NCBI RefSeq assembly: GCF_001194135.2
Contig: NC_068985.1
Span: 2,595,070 to 2,659,069, forward strand
Direction: 5' to 3'
DNA from: Octopus bimaculoides
Lineage: Eukaryota
DNA: 64,000 nt
The translations under genes were made by a program, and so were the position numbers. Below are positions 24,120-37,441 of this stretch, piece after piece; position 1 is the stretch's first letter; the number at the start of each line of letters is the position of its first letter. The notes under the pieces were generated by a model. It searched no databases and was not told the DNA's origin. It saw only the letters and a program-made list of their open reading frames with translations.

Positions 24120-24489
24120 TCCTCATCTCTTAAATATAGAACTGTATTATTGAATGTTGAAGTGAAAATAAATGTTATACCATAAGCCAAGTTTAATAAA
24201 ACTTACCCTACAAATAGTATAAGGTAAAAAAAAAAATGCAGTTTTACATCATATAAAGCATGGATGCTGGTGTCACATAAAAGACACTGATGCTGGTGAC
24301 CGATAAAAAGCACCCAGTACACTCTGTAAAATAGTTGGTGTTAGGAAGGGACTCCAGCTGTAGAAACCATTCCAAAGCTGACACTGGGGCCTGGTGCAGT
24401 GTCTGGCCTTACCACTTCCTGTTAAACCGATGCCAGCATGGAAAGTGGGCATTAAATGATGCTGTTGATGAAATGAAAATATGGTTTGT

Positions 24490-24860
24490 TTTCATAGAGG
24501 TTTCATCTCAACCATGCCACAGATCAATGGCTGAGGGATTTCAACCATGTTTCGTGGTTTGCTACCTCAACAGCTCCTTTATAAGATCCAGTGGCTAAAG
24601 ACATCATCAGGAGGAACTACGTCCGGTTTCGGCCCCTACTCCTCTACCGTTTTAGACATGGCAGCCCCCACTCCACTTCAGAGGTTCTTCAGCTCTGGTA
24701 TTGAGTACATTTCTTCTTTCTCCTTTTTTCTTCTCTTCCCTGGCCTCTTCGATGCAGCATCCGCTAATTTCAGCGGGCAACTGACCATCCTGCCAAATTC
24801 CCCTTTAAATACTCACTGGTAGGCTCCAGCAGCCAGCACCAGCTAACTGTCATGTGACAC
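24490..24860 (-). mobile_element. Possible 5' fragment of a related ORF1-type element
   Basis: GC-elevated patch translating to a basic N-terminus and MSKTVEE*GPKPDVVPPDDVF, weakly like the start of the 4688 ORF1. Confidence 0.3.
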
Positions 24861-27800
24861 TGTCTAAACTTCAACTGACCAATGGAGGGGAATGGTTGAA
24901 ACTATTTCCGGGATGAGCTAGCAAAGAAAACTTTATGTCACAGTTCATACCCAATCACTTTTTAAAAAAAAGAATGGCATGTCGAACAACAACAGTCCTT
25001 GATTTACTAAATGACTGGTCATAGCTGAAACACGTTTCTCCTTGACCAATACAGACCTGGGACCAAACGACAACAACAACAACAACAACAACAGCTGCTT
25101 CTGGATGTAAGTTGAAAGACAGCATTACTCATGACTAAATATTTTTAAAGCTTTAAAATTTCCATATGTGTTCTTCACTAAATCATGCTGACTATATTGG
25201 AAAAAAACTCCACTTTGGCTATGTATTAAAGACATAAACAGTTGAAAACATTCATGCTGTATTGAAGCATCTCCCCTAATTTATGCTCTCAAACTGTTTC
25301 ATATTCCTATTTTAACTGTAGTTTTTATACATTATAGCAATTTTTATACTGTATTATAGTTCAATTTAGTTATGAATTCTCTCCATAAGGTATTTTTATA
25401 GTATTAGTTTGTTTAGTTTGCTAAAACAGTATTTTAACACACCTGAAAAGCTGGTGGACATTTTCATACAAAGTTGTTAGGTTTTTTTTTTTTGATGGTG
25501 CATTATCGATTTGTTGCTATATTTTCTCTGGTTTTCATGTTTATAGTCTAATTTTAACACATTCAAAATTAGTGTTTTCTTTGTTTTTAACTTTTCTCCT
25601 TCACTTTATTTTTCTTTTTTTTTTTTCATTTTGCTTCTTCTTTACAGATTTTATTTTTGAAGCTCTTACCACCTTCAGTCCTTATAGTTTTCAAAAAAAC
25701 ATTTATTTTATAGTGAGATATCCACACAATTATATGGGTAAACTATTTCATATTTCAACACCAGTTATATCACTTTTTTTTTTATTAATATTTATATATC
25801 ATAATTCAGTGTAGTAATTATATTAAATCTTTTCTTTATGTTTTTGCAATATCAATTTGCATTATTAGTTTATTCATACTGTATTTTAACACACATATAA
25901 ATCTGGTGGGCATTTTTATTACATTTTGATCTTTATTTTCTCTATCTTCTTACTTTTAAACATTTTCAAAATTAGTATGGTACATTTTATTTATTCCTTT
26001 GTGCTAAATTTTTTCGTCATCTCTAAAGCTCTGTGGTATCCTACCATGTCTGTTTTCAAATCCTTTTGTTCACATTAAGTGATTATATACACATGTGGTA
26101 ATGTGTATGTATAGAAGGGGGTGCAAAGGCAAATAGAATGTTCCAAACTAAATAGTACATCCCTTTCAAAATACATATGGCAGGACAAGGACAAAGAAGT
26201 GGACAAAATGATTTCATTGGGTATCCTCGATGCAGCAACGTCTTTTAAGAAGAGGGAAATGAAATATAATATCTGTTTAATATAATTGATGATATTGCTT
26301 ATAGAGAAAACTTACATTAATGACTGCTTTAATATTTTATTTCATTCAAAATGTACCCATAAACATTGCAAATATCTCTCTGTAATCATAAATTCAATCT
26401 GTAGGAAGAGTCTATTATTTTTTAAAGGCGAACAAGAAGAAAATATATTATAATCGCTTGTCTATGTTTCAAATATTCATTAAAGCAAGCAATTATGTGG
26501 ATGGTCCCACCATTGCCAACAACACACATACACTACCAACACAAATCAGAAAATATAAAGAAAGTGAAAGATGAAATAAACAGCAAGACACAGCAGCAGT
26601 AAGCAACCAGCAGAGAAGTGGAAGACATGAGGATCCCCTATAATCATGTAGATATACACTGAGTGACCTAACCAATAGATATCAACAGAAACTTAGAATT
26701 CTCAAGATGGTAAACGAAGCAAACAATTGGAGCTGCACAAATTCAATCCATAAAATCGCAAATATATATTCCAGATTTTCTTAATTCCTCAAATTCAACA
26801 TCAAACTCCATTGGTGAAATCGGTTAAATGTTATCTCGGTTTCAACAAACAACAAACTTTCTACTTAGGAAGATGTCTTCTTTATAACAAAATTTTAAAC
26901 AAATATAAAAACTACATCAAGTTCACATGATATTTATGGTTTTGAGTACATTAATGTGTGTGTGTGTGTGTGTATATGATATATATGTGTGTGTGTATAT
27001 AGCTTGATACACTACCATTTTATATGGCTTATTCTTGAATACACATTAATATTGGCCTTGCATAAGACATGTATGTTGAAGCTGGAATGAACATATGCAA
27101 GCTTGACATATAAACAGACATTTCAAAAAAAAAAACTGCAAGTTTCTATCGTTTTGAATTATAGAAGATAACAAAATGACTAAAACTGAAAGAGAGAGAT
27201 AAACGAAAGACGGAGAGGAAGAGAGAGACGAAACCACAACAAGAAAAGTCAAAGCAAAGAGTGAATATTGTTACAAAATGCATTCTTTTCTCTATTTTGT
27301 TTTTATTGGTTTTAATACATATCTTACTGTAAATAACTGCATAGCAGCCGACAGAACAACCTCAGCAACACAGAATAGCAACGGGCCTACCAACAGGATC
27401 ACCTCATTACAGTCAAGAGCATACAAAATGAAGCTAGACGTTTGACCAGTTACCAATGATGTTAATAAGAACTGGTCAGTGGGCTGGCATAATAACAATG
27501 CCAACAGTGAAAGCATTGCAGGGATGCACACACGTCTGTGGGCAGTCGGACAGAGAGCTACAACCAAGATCAAATGCAGAATGGGGCATAATGTATGAAA
27601 ATACTGGCAAAAGTAATTTATATCATACAACAAATGCAAAAGATAAAAGATAATGAAAGCAGTGGGAAGGGCTTCTCCCGACACACATTACCTCGCCTAA
27701 CAATGGCATTTCAAAATGTCAACTTTGCCACATGTTTCCAGAATTATTTCAGTGGTATTTCTGTCCAGGTTTTAAAGCCACAAAACTGTAAACATGAAGT

Positions 27801-30800
27801 ATTTAGGGGTGAATTATACCATTTGTGAAGAAAGGCATATCTTAAAGTTCATGTTCTACCAATATCGATCAAACGTCCATTGATAGGAAACAGTGGATGT
27901 TTTGATTACTTAAGGCCAATTTGCCAACAGTATGAACATGTTGTGTCCCTGTGAACATGAGGTTGAGTTAAGAACAAGGGGGTGGGGGAGGGGGGGGAGG
28001 TTGGAAGGAAATGAATCAAGTTGCCAGTTACATTTATCGCAAGCAGTATTTACTCAGTCGATTTGCTGTTAATAAGTGTCAAAGGACCAGAATATCAAAA
28101 GTCAAATTAATATATGCCTCGTTTATTCAGATTTTTAAGGTCACAATGACTGAAATAGCAAACTGATTAGCTAACATTGCACAGAAGACATAATATGGCA
28201 TCAGAGGATAATACTAAGTGCCAGCCATCTATTCTGATGAGATCAACTGAAGTTTAATAAGTCTGTGCATGCTTCTGTATGTATAGGCGCAGGCGTGGTA
28301 AGAAGCTTGCTTCCCAACCACATGGTTCCAGGTTCAGTCCCACTACATGGCACCTTGGGCAAGTGTTTTCTACTATAGCCTCGGGTCGATCAAAGCCTTG
28401 TGAGTGGATTTAGTAGACGGAAACCATGTGGTTCGTAAGCAAGCTTCTTACCACACAGCCATGCCTGAGTTTTAATCAAAACTGTATTGCAAGTTTTATT
28501 CAATTGTTGCTTACTTATACCCCATTCCAAAGTCCCATGCTCCACTTAAAGAAAACACTGGTATAGAATATGAATTATAGATAAAAGAACATAGCAAATA
28601 CTAATTCTTAGGTTGTGAACTAACATTTGGTTGCTTAACTCCAAAAGTCTGCTTAAGTAAGGCTAAAGGCTAAATTAGGGTGCTCTCAGTCTTTCCTTTT
28701 TTAAAGCCATCTAGCCCCCAAATAACCAAAACCCAGTCTTCCTTAAACACACCCTTTCTTCTTACAAAGGGCTTTTGATGATGTAATCTGAGGTTTCTCT
28801 ATATCTGAAAAAGGATGGATTGACTCTGACAAATACTTTTAACCCTAGGTTTGCTGTTACTGAACTGGTCTATACTTAAAAGATGACAAACATTTACAGC
28901 AGCAGACCTGTTATTTTAACAATAATAAGGAACTAATAGATGTTATTGTTTTTAAGTGTTAATGTGTTTTAGTCGAAAGGTGTAGTTGTTGATCAAAAGT
29001 ATTCCAGTGATCTTGTCTTTCTACTGGGCATTACTTATTTAGGACGACATTATTCAATGTATTCTCCTATTTCAGAGTATATAATTTGAGAGAGCTTTGG
29101 CTGCTACTTCTAGCTTGTCAGGTGACCATACAGAGAAAGCATCAGGGTACACACACTGAAGTGTTGTCATATCAAACTACCAGAAATCAGAATATTTTTT
29201 GACACAATCTTCCAACTGAAAATTTTGAAAAACTGAGTTCTTCTAAATTTATTTATAAGATTACTTTATGAGGTTACAGTGAACAAATTAAAATGTCGAT
29301 TTATAAAACAGACACAGAGATTGCAAACTACTGGTGTAATATTTTCATATACTTTCTGGAACTGTATAGATTGAAGAAGAAGACCACAACAATTAACAAT
29401 GCTATTTGTATGGCTGTTGTCTTTCTGTACTTTTATTTCTTACTGGAGTTGGTATATGGAAGTGGTGACTGCGTAGAGAGCATTCTTTTGAATAGATTCT
29501 AATTTATTGGTGTTCTGATATCTTATATGTCACTAGCTTATCACATCTCTTTGTGGTCTTGTATCCTTTGCCTGAAAGCTTGTCTTCTTCTTCTTCTTCT
29601 TCTTCACTGTCTCTCAGTCCTTGAATATTTCTTCATATTCATAGCTAGACAATCTTATGATTTTACTATTCTTTCAACATTCAGTGGAGTTTTAGTAAAA
29701 TAATTATTGTTATTTATCATGATTAACCATGCAAGCCAAAAGCACACTGTCTAGACAAGTAATCCAAGTGTGTGCAGTAGGCAAGCTTGTATGGTAGCAG
29801 TATTTGAGAGATCAGAAAATCTCTTCTTCATATGTGGCTACAAGATGGAGCCAGATTGGCTTATATAGAAACAAACTTATATTAGTTTTAATTTTTAAGA
29901 ATTGCACGATATATTTTTTTCTTTTTTCCCCTATCAAGTACATCATCAATATGTGATCTGTTTGGCTTATGTAAATGCAAAAGCAGAATTCATCTTATTT
30001 AATATTTCCAAGTCTCAGGAGCAAAAAAAGGGACAAAAATTGCAGATGGGTGGACAATTCTGAACGAAGCTATTAGCACAGTCAGAACAATGAAAAAATG
30101 TGAGATATATGTTTAGATAATGCAACATGCATGGACAAATCTTTATGCTTGTATAACTAGAAATACACTCACATACACACACAATGATTTTCCTTGGTTA
30201 CTTCAATGAATGCTGTATAAAAATTACATTGTTTCAAGTGAATCATTCCAGTGTCATATTTTTATAAAACAGTCACATGTACATATACTTTTTTTTTTCT
30301 ATAGTAAAATCACTAAATAAGAAAGAGCACCTAAGATAATATTGTGCTGAATAGCTAAAGTATCCTGCAATTAATTTAAATGTGATTACCAAGAAAAATA
30401 TGATTGAATAGGAATCTTATAATTTAACAGCAAAATTCTAAAATGGTTTGCATTTATTTGTGGGTGTGCATGTGTTCGCACACGTGCATAGTCGCTGGTT
30501 GCTATGAGTCATATGTGTATTAAAATGCTGCTGTGTGTTGAAGTTTAAAATGTGTATGTGCAGTCATTCTATAGCTATATGTGTTACATATTTTCTGTGT
30601 GTATGTGTGCCTTTTCTAAAACTGATATGCATTGTGTGATGACAGACAGGGATTTTAGATTTTTGAGGGTAGTTTCTGCAACAACATATCTGATATTAAT
30701 TTTAAAATTTTAACTTTTTGTTTTTAATAAAGTGGTGACTTTACTTGTTATGGAATAAATATTAAATACCAACTAATAACCAACAGGAACTTATATATTT

Positions 30801-31930
30801 AAAATAGTATAAGTTATGTCAGCTTCTGCATATTTTGGGGTTGGCAACTGTCATCCAAAAAATGAAAGCTTTATATTCATACTAATTATATTTATATCAA
30901 GTCAGTATTTTATTGGAACCAATATGTAAGGATAACATTATTTTTTTTTTTGTTTCAATAGTAAGTAAAAAAAATTTGGTTTGTTGGTAACTTGGTGACA
31001 GTTATTTTACTATTTTCCTGTCAATTTTTTATTCTAAGTATAACATGTTTCTGTAATAAATTATAAATTTTAGGAGTTGCTGTTGGTTCTGAATGTCATT
31101 GTTGAGAGAATTGACTCATATGAAGATAAGCTTAAAAATAGATTATTTGAATAATATCTGACCAGTGAGTCCTAAAACTGGACGCATATTATTCAAATAC
31201 AAGTAATATTTCATAGAAGATACTAATATCCCTAAGACTGTTCACCAGCTTTATTTGAAAGGTTAAAAACATGTTGAAAGGGAAATATGTGGATGTGTGT
31301 CTTTTCATCTTTTACGTGTTTCAGTCATTAGACCATGGCCATGCTGGGGCATCACGTGGAAGAATTATCAGTCGAATGAATCAACCCCAGTAATTATTTT
31401 TTTAAAGCTTGGTGCTTATTCTATCAGTCTCTTTTAATGCGCTGCTAAGTTACAGGTAGATAAATACACCAACACCAGTTGTCAAGCAGTGGTAGGGGAC
31501 AAACACAGGTACAAAGACAGACACAGACATGTATTATATGACAGGATTCTTTTCAGTTTCTGCCAATCAAATCCACCCCTAAGGCTCATGGCCATAGTAG
31601 GAGACACTTGCCCAAGGTACCATGCAGTGAGACTGAACAAACTTCTTACCACATAGCCAAGCCTGTACCTACCTACCTACCTACATATATACATACATAC
31701 ATAGATAATAACAACAAATGGAGCAAAACGCATGTCGGACATGCGTTTTGCTCCATTTGTTGTTATTATCCATATATTCTCAAAATGTATCACGTTAACT
31801 CGGTATATCAACCTGTAAATCGGCTGGGATATCTTGTTTTTTAGTGTAATTTTGCTACCCATGGTAACTATTAACGTATTCAAATTATCGAAAGTTTCAA
31901 TAACTGAGATAATATTAATACACATAAAAT

Positions 31931-31979
<49 letters not shown>

Positions 31980-32044
31980 CAGAATGAGATAACAAAGCCA
32001 AGGCTGTGAGGAGTTTTCAGGATATTTATAAGGAAAGAAATATA

Positions 32045-32092
32045 GTCTTACAGCTGTTTCTGGGATATCATGGATTTCCCTTCATCAGAGAC
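32045..32092 (-). ncRNA. Minimal type-I hammerhead ribozyme motif in a Penelope-like repeat
   Basis: Minus strand reads GTCT-CTGATGA-A-GGGA-aatccatgata-TCCC-A-GAA-ACAGCTGT-A-AGAC: intact CUGAUGA and GAAA cores, 4-bp stems I and II, palindromic stem III, GUA cleavage triplet. Confidence 0.65.
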
Positions 32093-32364
32093 AATGGGAG
32101 AGAGGTATATGTTTGATTTCGAAATAAGGAATTATTATGGAAAAGAAGAAGATAGGGAAAATAGAGGGAAATAAGAGAATTAAAATAGAAATAACATACA
32201 AAACATTGTAGTTGCAGTTCCATTATTTGAGGAAAATGGTGTATAGAAGTGGTAGAAAGTTTCCTGTACACGGTTTGTAAGTTCCACTAGTAGTTTGTGT
32301 TTAGTCATTTCAAAGTATGGAACCATGGATTTAACCTTCATACTGCCTAATATTCTCCCAATAG

Positions 32365-32402
<38 letters not shown>

Positions 32403-32891
32403 GTCAAGGTCAGCACTTGGAATCACCACTACTTTATTATCTCCCTTTCTTCCTAGCTCTCCTGTGTAACCCCTCTATCTGGCATTCACCATGATAGATT
32501 GCTAGCCACTAAACCTTTTCTATTTTCTCTCATTGTTTATTTCTGTGTTCCTTTCTGTGGAGGAGCGTAGGCTCAAAACGTTAAAGACTTTTTCAATTCA
32601 CGAGCGTTATACTAATACATCTGTTTGTTTTCTACACCACCTGTCTTCGTCTGTTGTTTTTTTGTGAATTCTCCCTATATATATATGCGGAGTAGATGGA
32701 ACAGGGACAACTGACGAAGGGGTATACTCTTTATGTTGCATGTCTCGTTTCTCTGTTTGTTTTTTACGCTGTTCGAAAAAAGTTTGTTTTCTGTTTTCGT
32801 TTCTCATTGTGTTTAACGTTTTCTTTTATGTCCTGTACCCATACATGCATGTATGTATACATATATGTATGGATATATGCATATATTATTG

Positions 32892-32942
<51 letters not shown>

Positions 32943-33236
32943 NNNNNNNNNNNNNNNNNNNNNNNNNNNNNNNNNNNNNNNNNNNNNNNNNNNNNNNNNN
33001 NNNNNNNNNNNNNNNNNNNNNNNNNNNNNNNNNNNNNNNNNNNNNNNNNNNNNNNNNNNNNNNNNNNNNNNNNNNNNNNNNNNNNNNNNNNNNNNNNNNN
33101 NNNNNNNNNNNNNNNNNNNNNNNNNNNNNNNNNNNNNNNNNNNNNNNNNNNNNNNNNNNNNNNNNNNNNNNNNNNNNNNNNNNNNNNNNNNNNNNNNNNN
33201 NNNNNNNNNNNNNNNNNNNNNNNNNNNNNNNNNNNN
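32943..33236. other. Assembly gap within (TA)n
   Basis: Run of N. Confidence 0.99.
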
Positions 33237-33290
<54 letters not shown>

Positions 33291-34677
33291 CTATTGTGGA
33301 CAATAGTAGGCAGTATGAAAGTTGAATTGTTCAATGAGAGAAGTGTTCAGTGTTCCAAGTTCTTCGACCATTTATTTTAAGATAGGTGATTTATATTTGT
33401 TTTATAAGAAAGTATTGCATTCCTCCTACACACCTACAAATACATTAATAAAGTAACTGCACAACTTTATCAAGGAAAATATTCATTCAACAGAAATAAT
33501 GAAAAGAGTATTCACCATAGGTTAAAAATAAATATATAAATAAAAAATAAATAAATAATATCAATAAATGAAAATCTAAAAATCTTCTTTCTGATAGTAA
33601 CACCATTCAGTATGAATTAATGTTTTGTTTCCTCTATGCAGATTTCCCCTCTAACGAGTTTACTTTGGTCAAATACATTGTTTTGTACAAATAAGTGTTT
33701 ATAGTATGGCAATATGGCTGTGTTGCGAAGAACTGGGAATGAAAGAAGCAAATGGAAATAATGGGATGCTGCAAATATGTGCAATCCAAGCCAAGTGAAC
33801 AAGAGAGTGATGATGACGATGGTGGTGGTGGTGGTGATAATATGATGATGACGCTGATGATGATGGTGGTGAGAGATGTTTGGCACTTGAGTTCAATTTC
33901 GTTTCAAGTGTAAAGTACAGGCATGGGTGTGCGGCTAAGAAGTTTCCTTTCCACCCACATAGTTTGGGGTTCAGTCCCATAGCATGACACCTAGGGTGAG
34001 TGTCTTCTACCATAGTCCTGAGCTGACCAATGTCCTGTGATGGGAATTGGCAGATGGAAACTAAAAGAAGCCCATTGTGTGTGTGTGTGTGTGCATAGAT
34101 GTACAGCAGAAAGAAAGAATGGAGAGGTAAACAGTTGGTATCAGCTCAAAGTCTGGAATTTCTATATTTAAACATAAATTGCAGAGCTGTTACACCTGTG
34201 TGCATCATAGAAATAATGGCATAAGGTGTACAGATTGTCTGTTACAATTGTTTCCTGAAAAGGTGCACATATGGGGCTTTTGCCAGCAAACCGATATAAG
34301 CTTTCCATATGGTAGTGGACCATTCCATCTTCAGAGAGGTGGAGCCTTAGTACAAGATTTTATCTGTTAGCAGGTCCATCTTCAAAGAGAAAGTGAGGTA
34401 GGTTATTAGTGGAAGAGATGTGAGATATAAAGAAATGATAGGGGCAGTATGAATGTATGAGGGTAGAGAGAGAGAGAGAGAGAGAGTAACTCTTGTAGCA
34501 AGTGACAGGCATAAACAGATTATGAGTTATATTTGTATATATATAGGTATGTGTGTGTATATATGTATATATAAGTCAGTAAATAGTGGGGTTGTGTTAA
34601 CCGCACGTGGAGAAATAATAGGAAAATGAAAAATAATAATAAGGCAGAATGTTAAACTGGAAGCATATTTTAATAAA

Positions 34678-34687
34678 NNNNNNNNNN
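34678..34687. other. 10-N assembly gap
   Basis: Run of N with duplicated flanks. Confidence 0.99.
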
Positions 34688-35000
34688 GAATGTTAAACTG
34701 GAAGCATATTTTAATAAAGATTTCTCTAACCGGCTTTCATTGCGAAGCAAATTTTCAAGAAGAGGGAGAATGAAAATGTTTTTACAAAGAAGTACAAAAT
34801 GAAGAAAATAATATGTAAAAAAAAATAATATATAAAAAAATATATATACCAATACATTATATTGTCTTTGAGCTTTTGAAGTTCAATGGTAATTCATGTA
34901 TATAATGTTTGGAAAAATAAGGATGCATGAAAATTGAGAATTGTGTTAGGTTTAAAAAAAGGGTTAAAAGTTTGTGTTAAGCTGGACGTGTGGTGTCAAA

Positions 35001-35351
35001 NNNNNNNNNNNNNNNNNNNNNNNNNNNNNNNNNNNNNNNNNNNNNNNNNNNNNNNNNNNNNNNNNNNNNNNNNNNNNNNNNNNNNNNNNNNNNNNNNNNN
35101 NNNNNNNNNNNNNNNNNNNNNNNNNNNNNNNNNNNNNNNNNNNNNNNNNNNNNNNNNNNNNNNNNNNNNNNNNNNNNNNNNNNNNNNNNNNNNNNNNNNN
35201 NNNNNNNNNNNNNNNNNNNNNNNNNNNNNNNNNNNNNNNNNNNNNNNNNNNNNNNNNNNNNNNNNNNNNNNNNNNNNNNNNNNNNNNNNNNNNNNNNNNN
35301 NNNNNNNNNNNNNNNNNNNNNNNNNNNNNNNNNNNNNNNNNNNNNNNNNNN
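35001..35351. other. Assembly gap
   Basis: Run of N followed by (TA)n. Confidence 0.99.
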
Positions 35352-35390
<39 letters not shown>

Positions 35391-36729
35391 TTTTACTTGT
35401 TTCAGTCATTTGACTGTGGCCATGCCTTTAGTCAAGCAAATCACCCCAGGATTTATTCTCTGTAAGCCTAGTAATTATTCTATCGGTCACTTTTGCCGAA
35501 CTGCTAAGTTACGGGGACATAAACACACCACCATCGGTTGTCAAGTGATTTTGTGTGGACAAATACAGACACACAAACATATATGTATACCACAAACTTC
35601 TTTCAGTTTCTGTCTACGAAATCCACTCACAAGGCTTTGGTCAGCTTGAGGCTATAGTAGAAGACACTAGATCAAGGTGCCATGCAGTGGGACTGAACCC
35701 AGAACCATGCGGTTGGGAAGCCAGCTTCTTACCACACACCCACTCCTGCTAAAATGAGTAGGGAAGAGAAAGATGAAGGATAAAGTAGGCAGAAGACCAT
35801 ATGCATAATGGCAAAGATCATAATTATTATGGTAACACCTTTTGTGGTGAGTTAGAATTATCAGATAGTCAATGGGGTAGGCAATGTATGTATGTGTGTG
35901 TGAGTTTGTGTTGTTCCCAGTTTTCTGTGTAATCATGCTCAGGTTGTTTGTAGTTGGATAGGCCAGGAGATTATTACCTCATTTGGAAACAGAGAGGGGT
36001 TGGTATCAAGAAGGGCAATGGACTGGACAAAGCTCTGCTCTAACTAACTCTCATCTGACCCATGCAACCATGTAAAAGTAGATATGATGATGACGATGAT
36101 GTAAGGAAATGTAATTTAGATTACGTGGCTAGATTATAAAGTACCTGTACTGGTGTCACATAAAATCACCCATGATGGTGCCTCGTATAAAGCACCCTTG
36201 TAGGTGCCACATATATATTACTGGTGCTAGTGTCACATGAAAAGCACCCAGTACATCCTGTAAAGTGGTTGGTGTTAAGAAGGGCATTCAGCCATAGAAA
36301 CCATGCAAAATCAAAGGAAAGGAACCCGGTGTAGCTCCTGGCCTTGCCAGCTCCTGTATAGCTGTCCAACCCATGCCAGCATGGAAAATGGACATTAAAT
36401 GATGGTCATGATGACATATATATCATGTATGTCTAAGAATCCATGAGTCAAGAAAATACAGGCATTCCTATATTTCTCAGTGATGTGGTGATACTAATAT
36501 TTATACAATATATTATAGATTCATTTCGGTTTGTTTAAAAATTGGTTTTGTATACAACAGTTCCGAAAACCAATATTTGACAGTCTTTGCAGAAGGGCTG
36601 ATTAGAAGAGTAAAGTGGCAAATCTTTGCCCATTATGGATCAATGACTTCCAGTGGTAAAGAGCTACCCACAAACTCACATGTATGAAACCAATTGGAAA
36701 ATCAACTAAAATGGATATATAATACAATA

Positions 36730-37030
36730 TCATCGTCGTTTAACATCAGCTTTCCATGCTGCCATGGGTTGGACGGTTTGACTGAGGACTGGCAAGCCAG
36801 AAGGCTGTACCAGGCTCCAATCTGATCTGGTAAAGTTTCTACAGCTAGATGCCCTTCCTAACGCCAACCATTCCGTGAGTGTAGTGGGTGCTTTTACATG
36901 CCACCGGCATGAGAGCCAGTCAGGTGGTTCTGGCAATGATCATGCTCAAAAGGTGTTTCTTACATGCTACCTGCACGGGAGCCAGTCCGGTGGCACTGGC
37001 AACGACCACACTCAAATGTTTTTCACGTAC
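36730..37030 (-). mobile_element. SINE family B copy (left arm of inverted pair)
   Basis: Reverse complement of the family B tail plus about 3 subunits. Confidence 0.8.
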
Positions 37031-37067
37031 CCTGCATAAATACTAATATGTATATATATAAAATCGC

Positions 37068-37441
37068 TATCGTGGCCGATGACAGTACCGCCTGATTGGC
37101 ACCCGTGCCAGTGGAACATTAAAAGCACCATTCGAGCGTGATCGTTGCCAGGGCTTCTGACTGGCTCCTGTGCCAGTGTCATGTAAAAAAAAAGCACCAT
37201 TCGAGTGTGGTCGTTGCTAGTGCTGCCAGACTGGTTCCTGTGCAAGTAGCATGTAAAAAGCACCATTCGAGTGTGATCGTTGCCAGTGCCAGTGGCATGT
37301 AAAAGCACCCACTACACTCTTGGAGTGGTTGGCATTAGGAAGGGTATCCAGCTGTAGAAACTTTGCCAGATCAGATTGGAGCCTGGTGCAGCCTTTTGGC
37401 ACGGAAAGCGGACGTTAAACGATAATGATGATGATGATGAT
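37068..37441 (+). mobile_element. SINE family B copy (right arm of inverted pair)
   Basis: Several subunits plus tail ending (GAT)n; internal deletion in the tail. Confidence 0.8.

Noticed and set aside
34647-34718. 31-bp direct repeat flanking a 10-N gap
   Set aside because: Typical unmerged contig overlap (assembly artefact).
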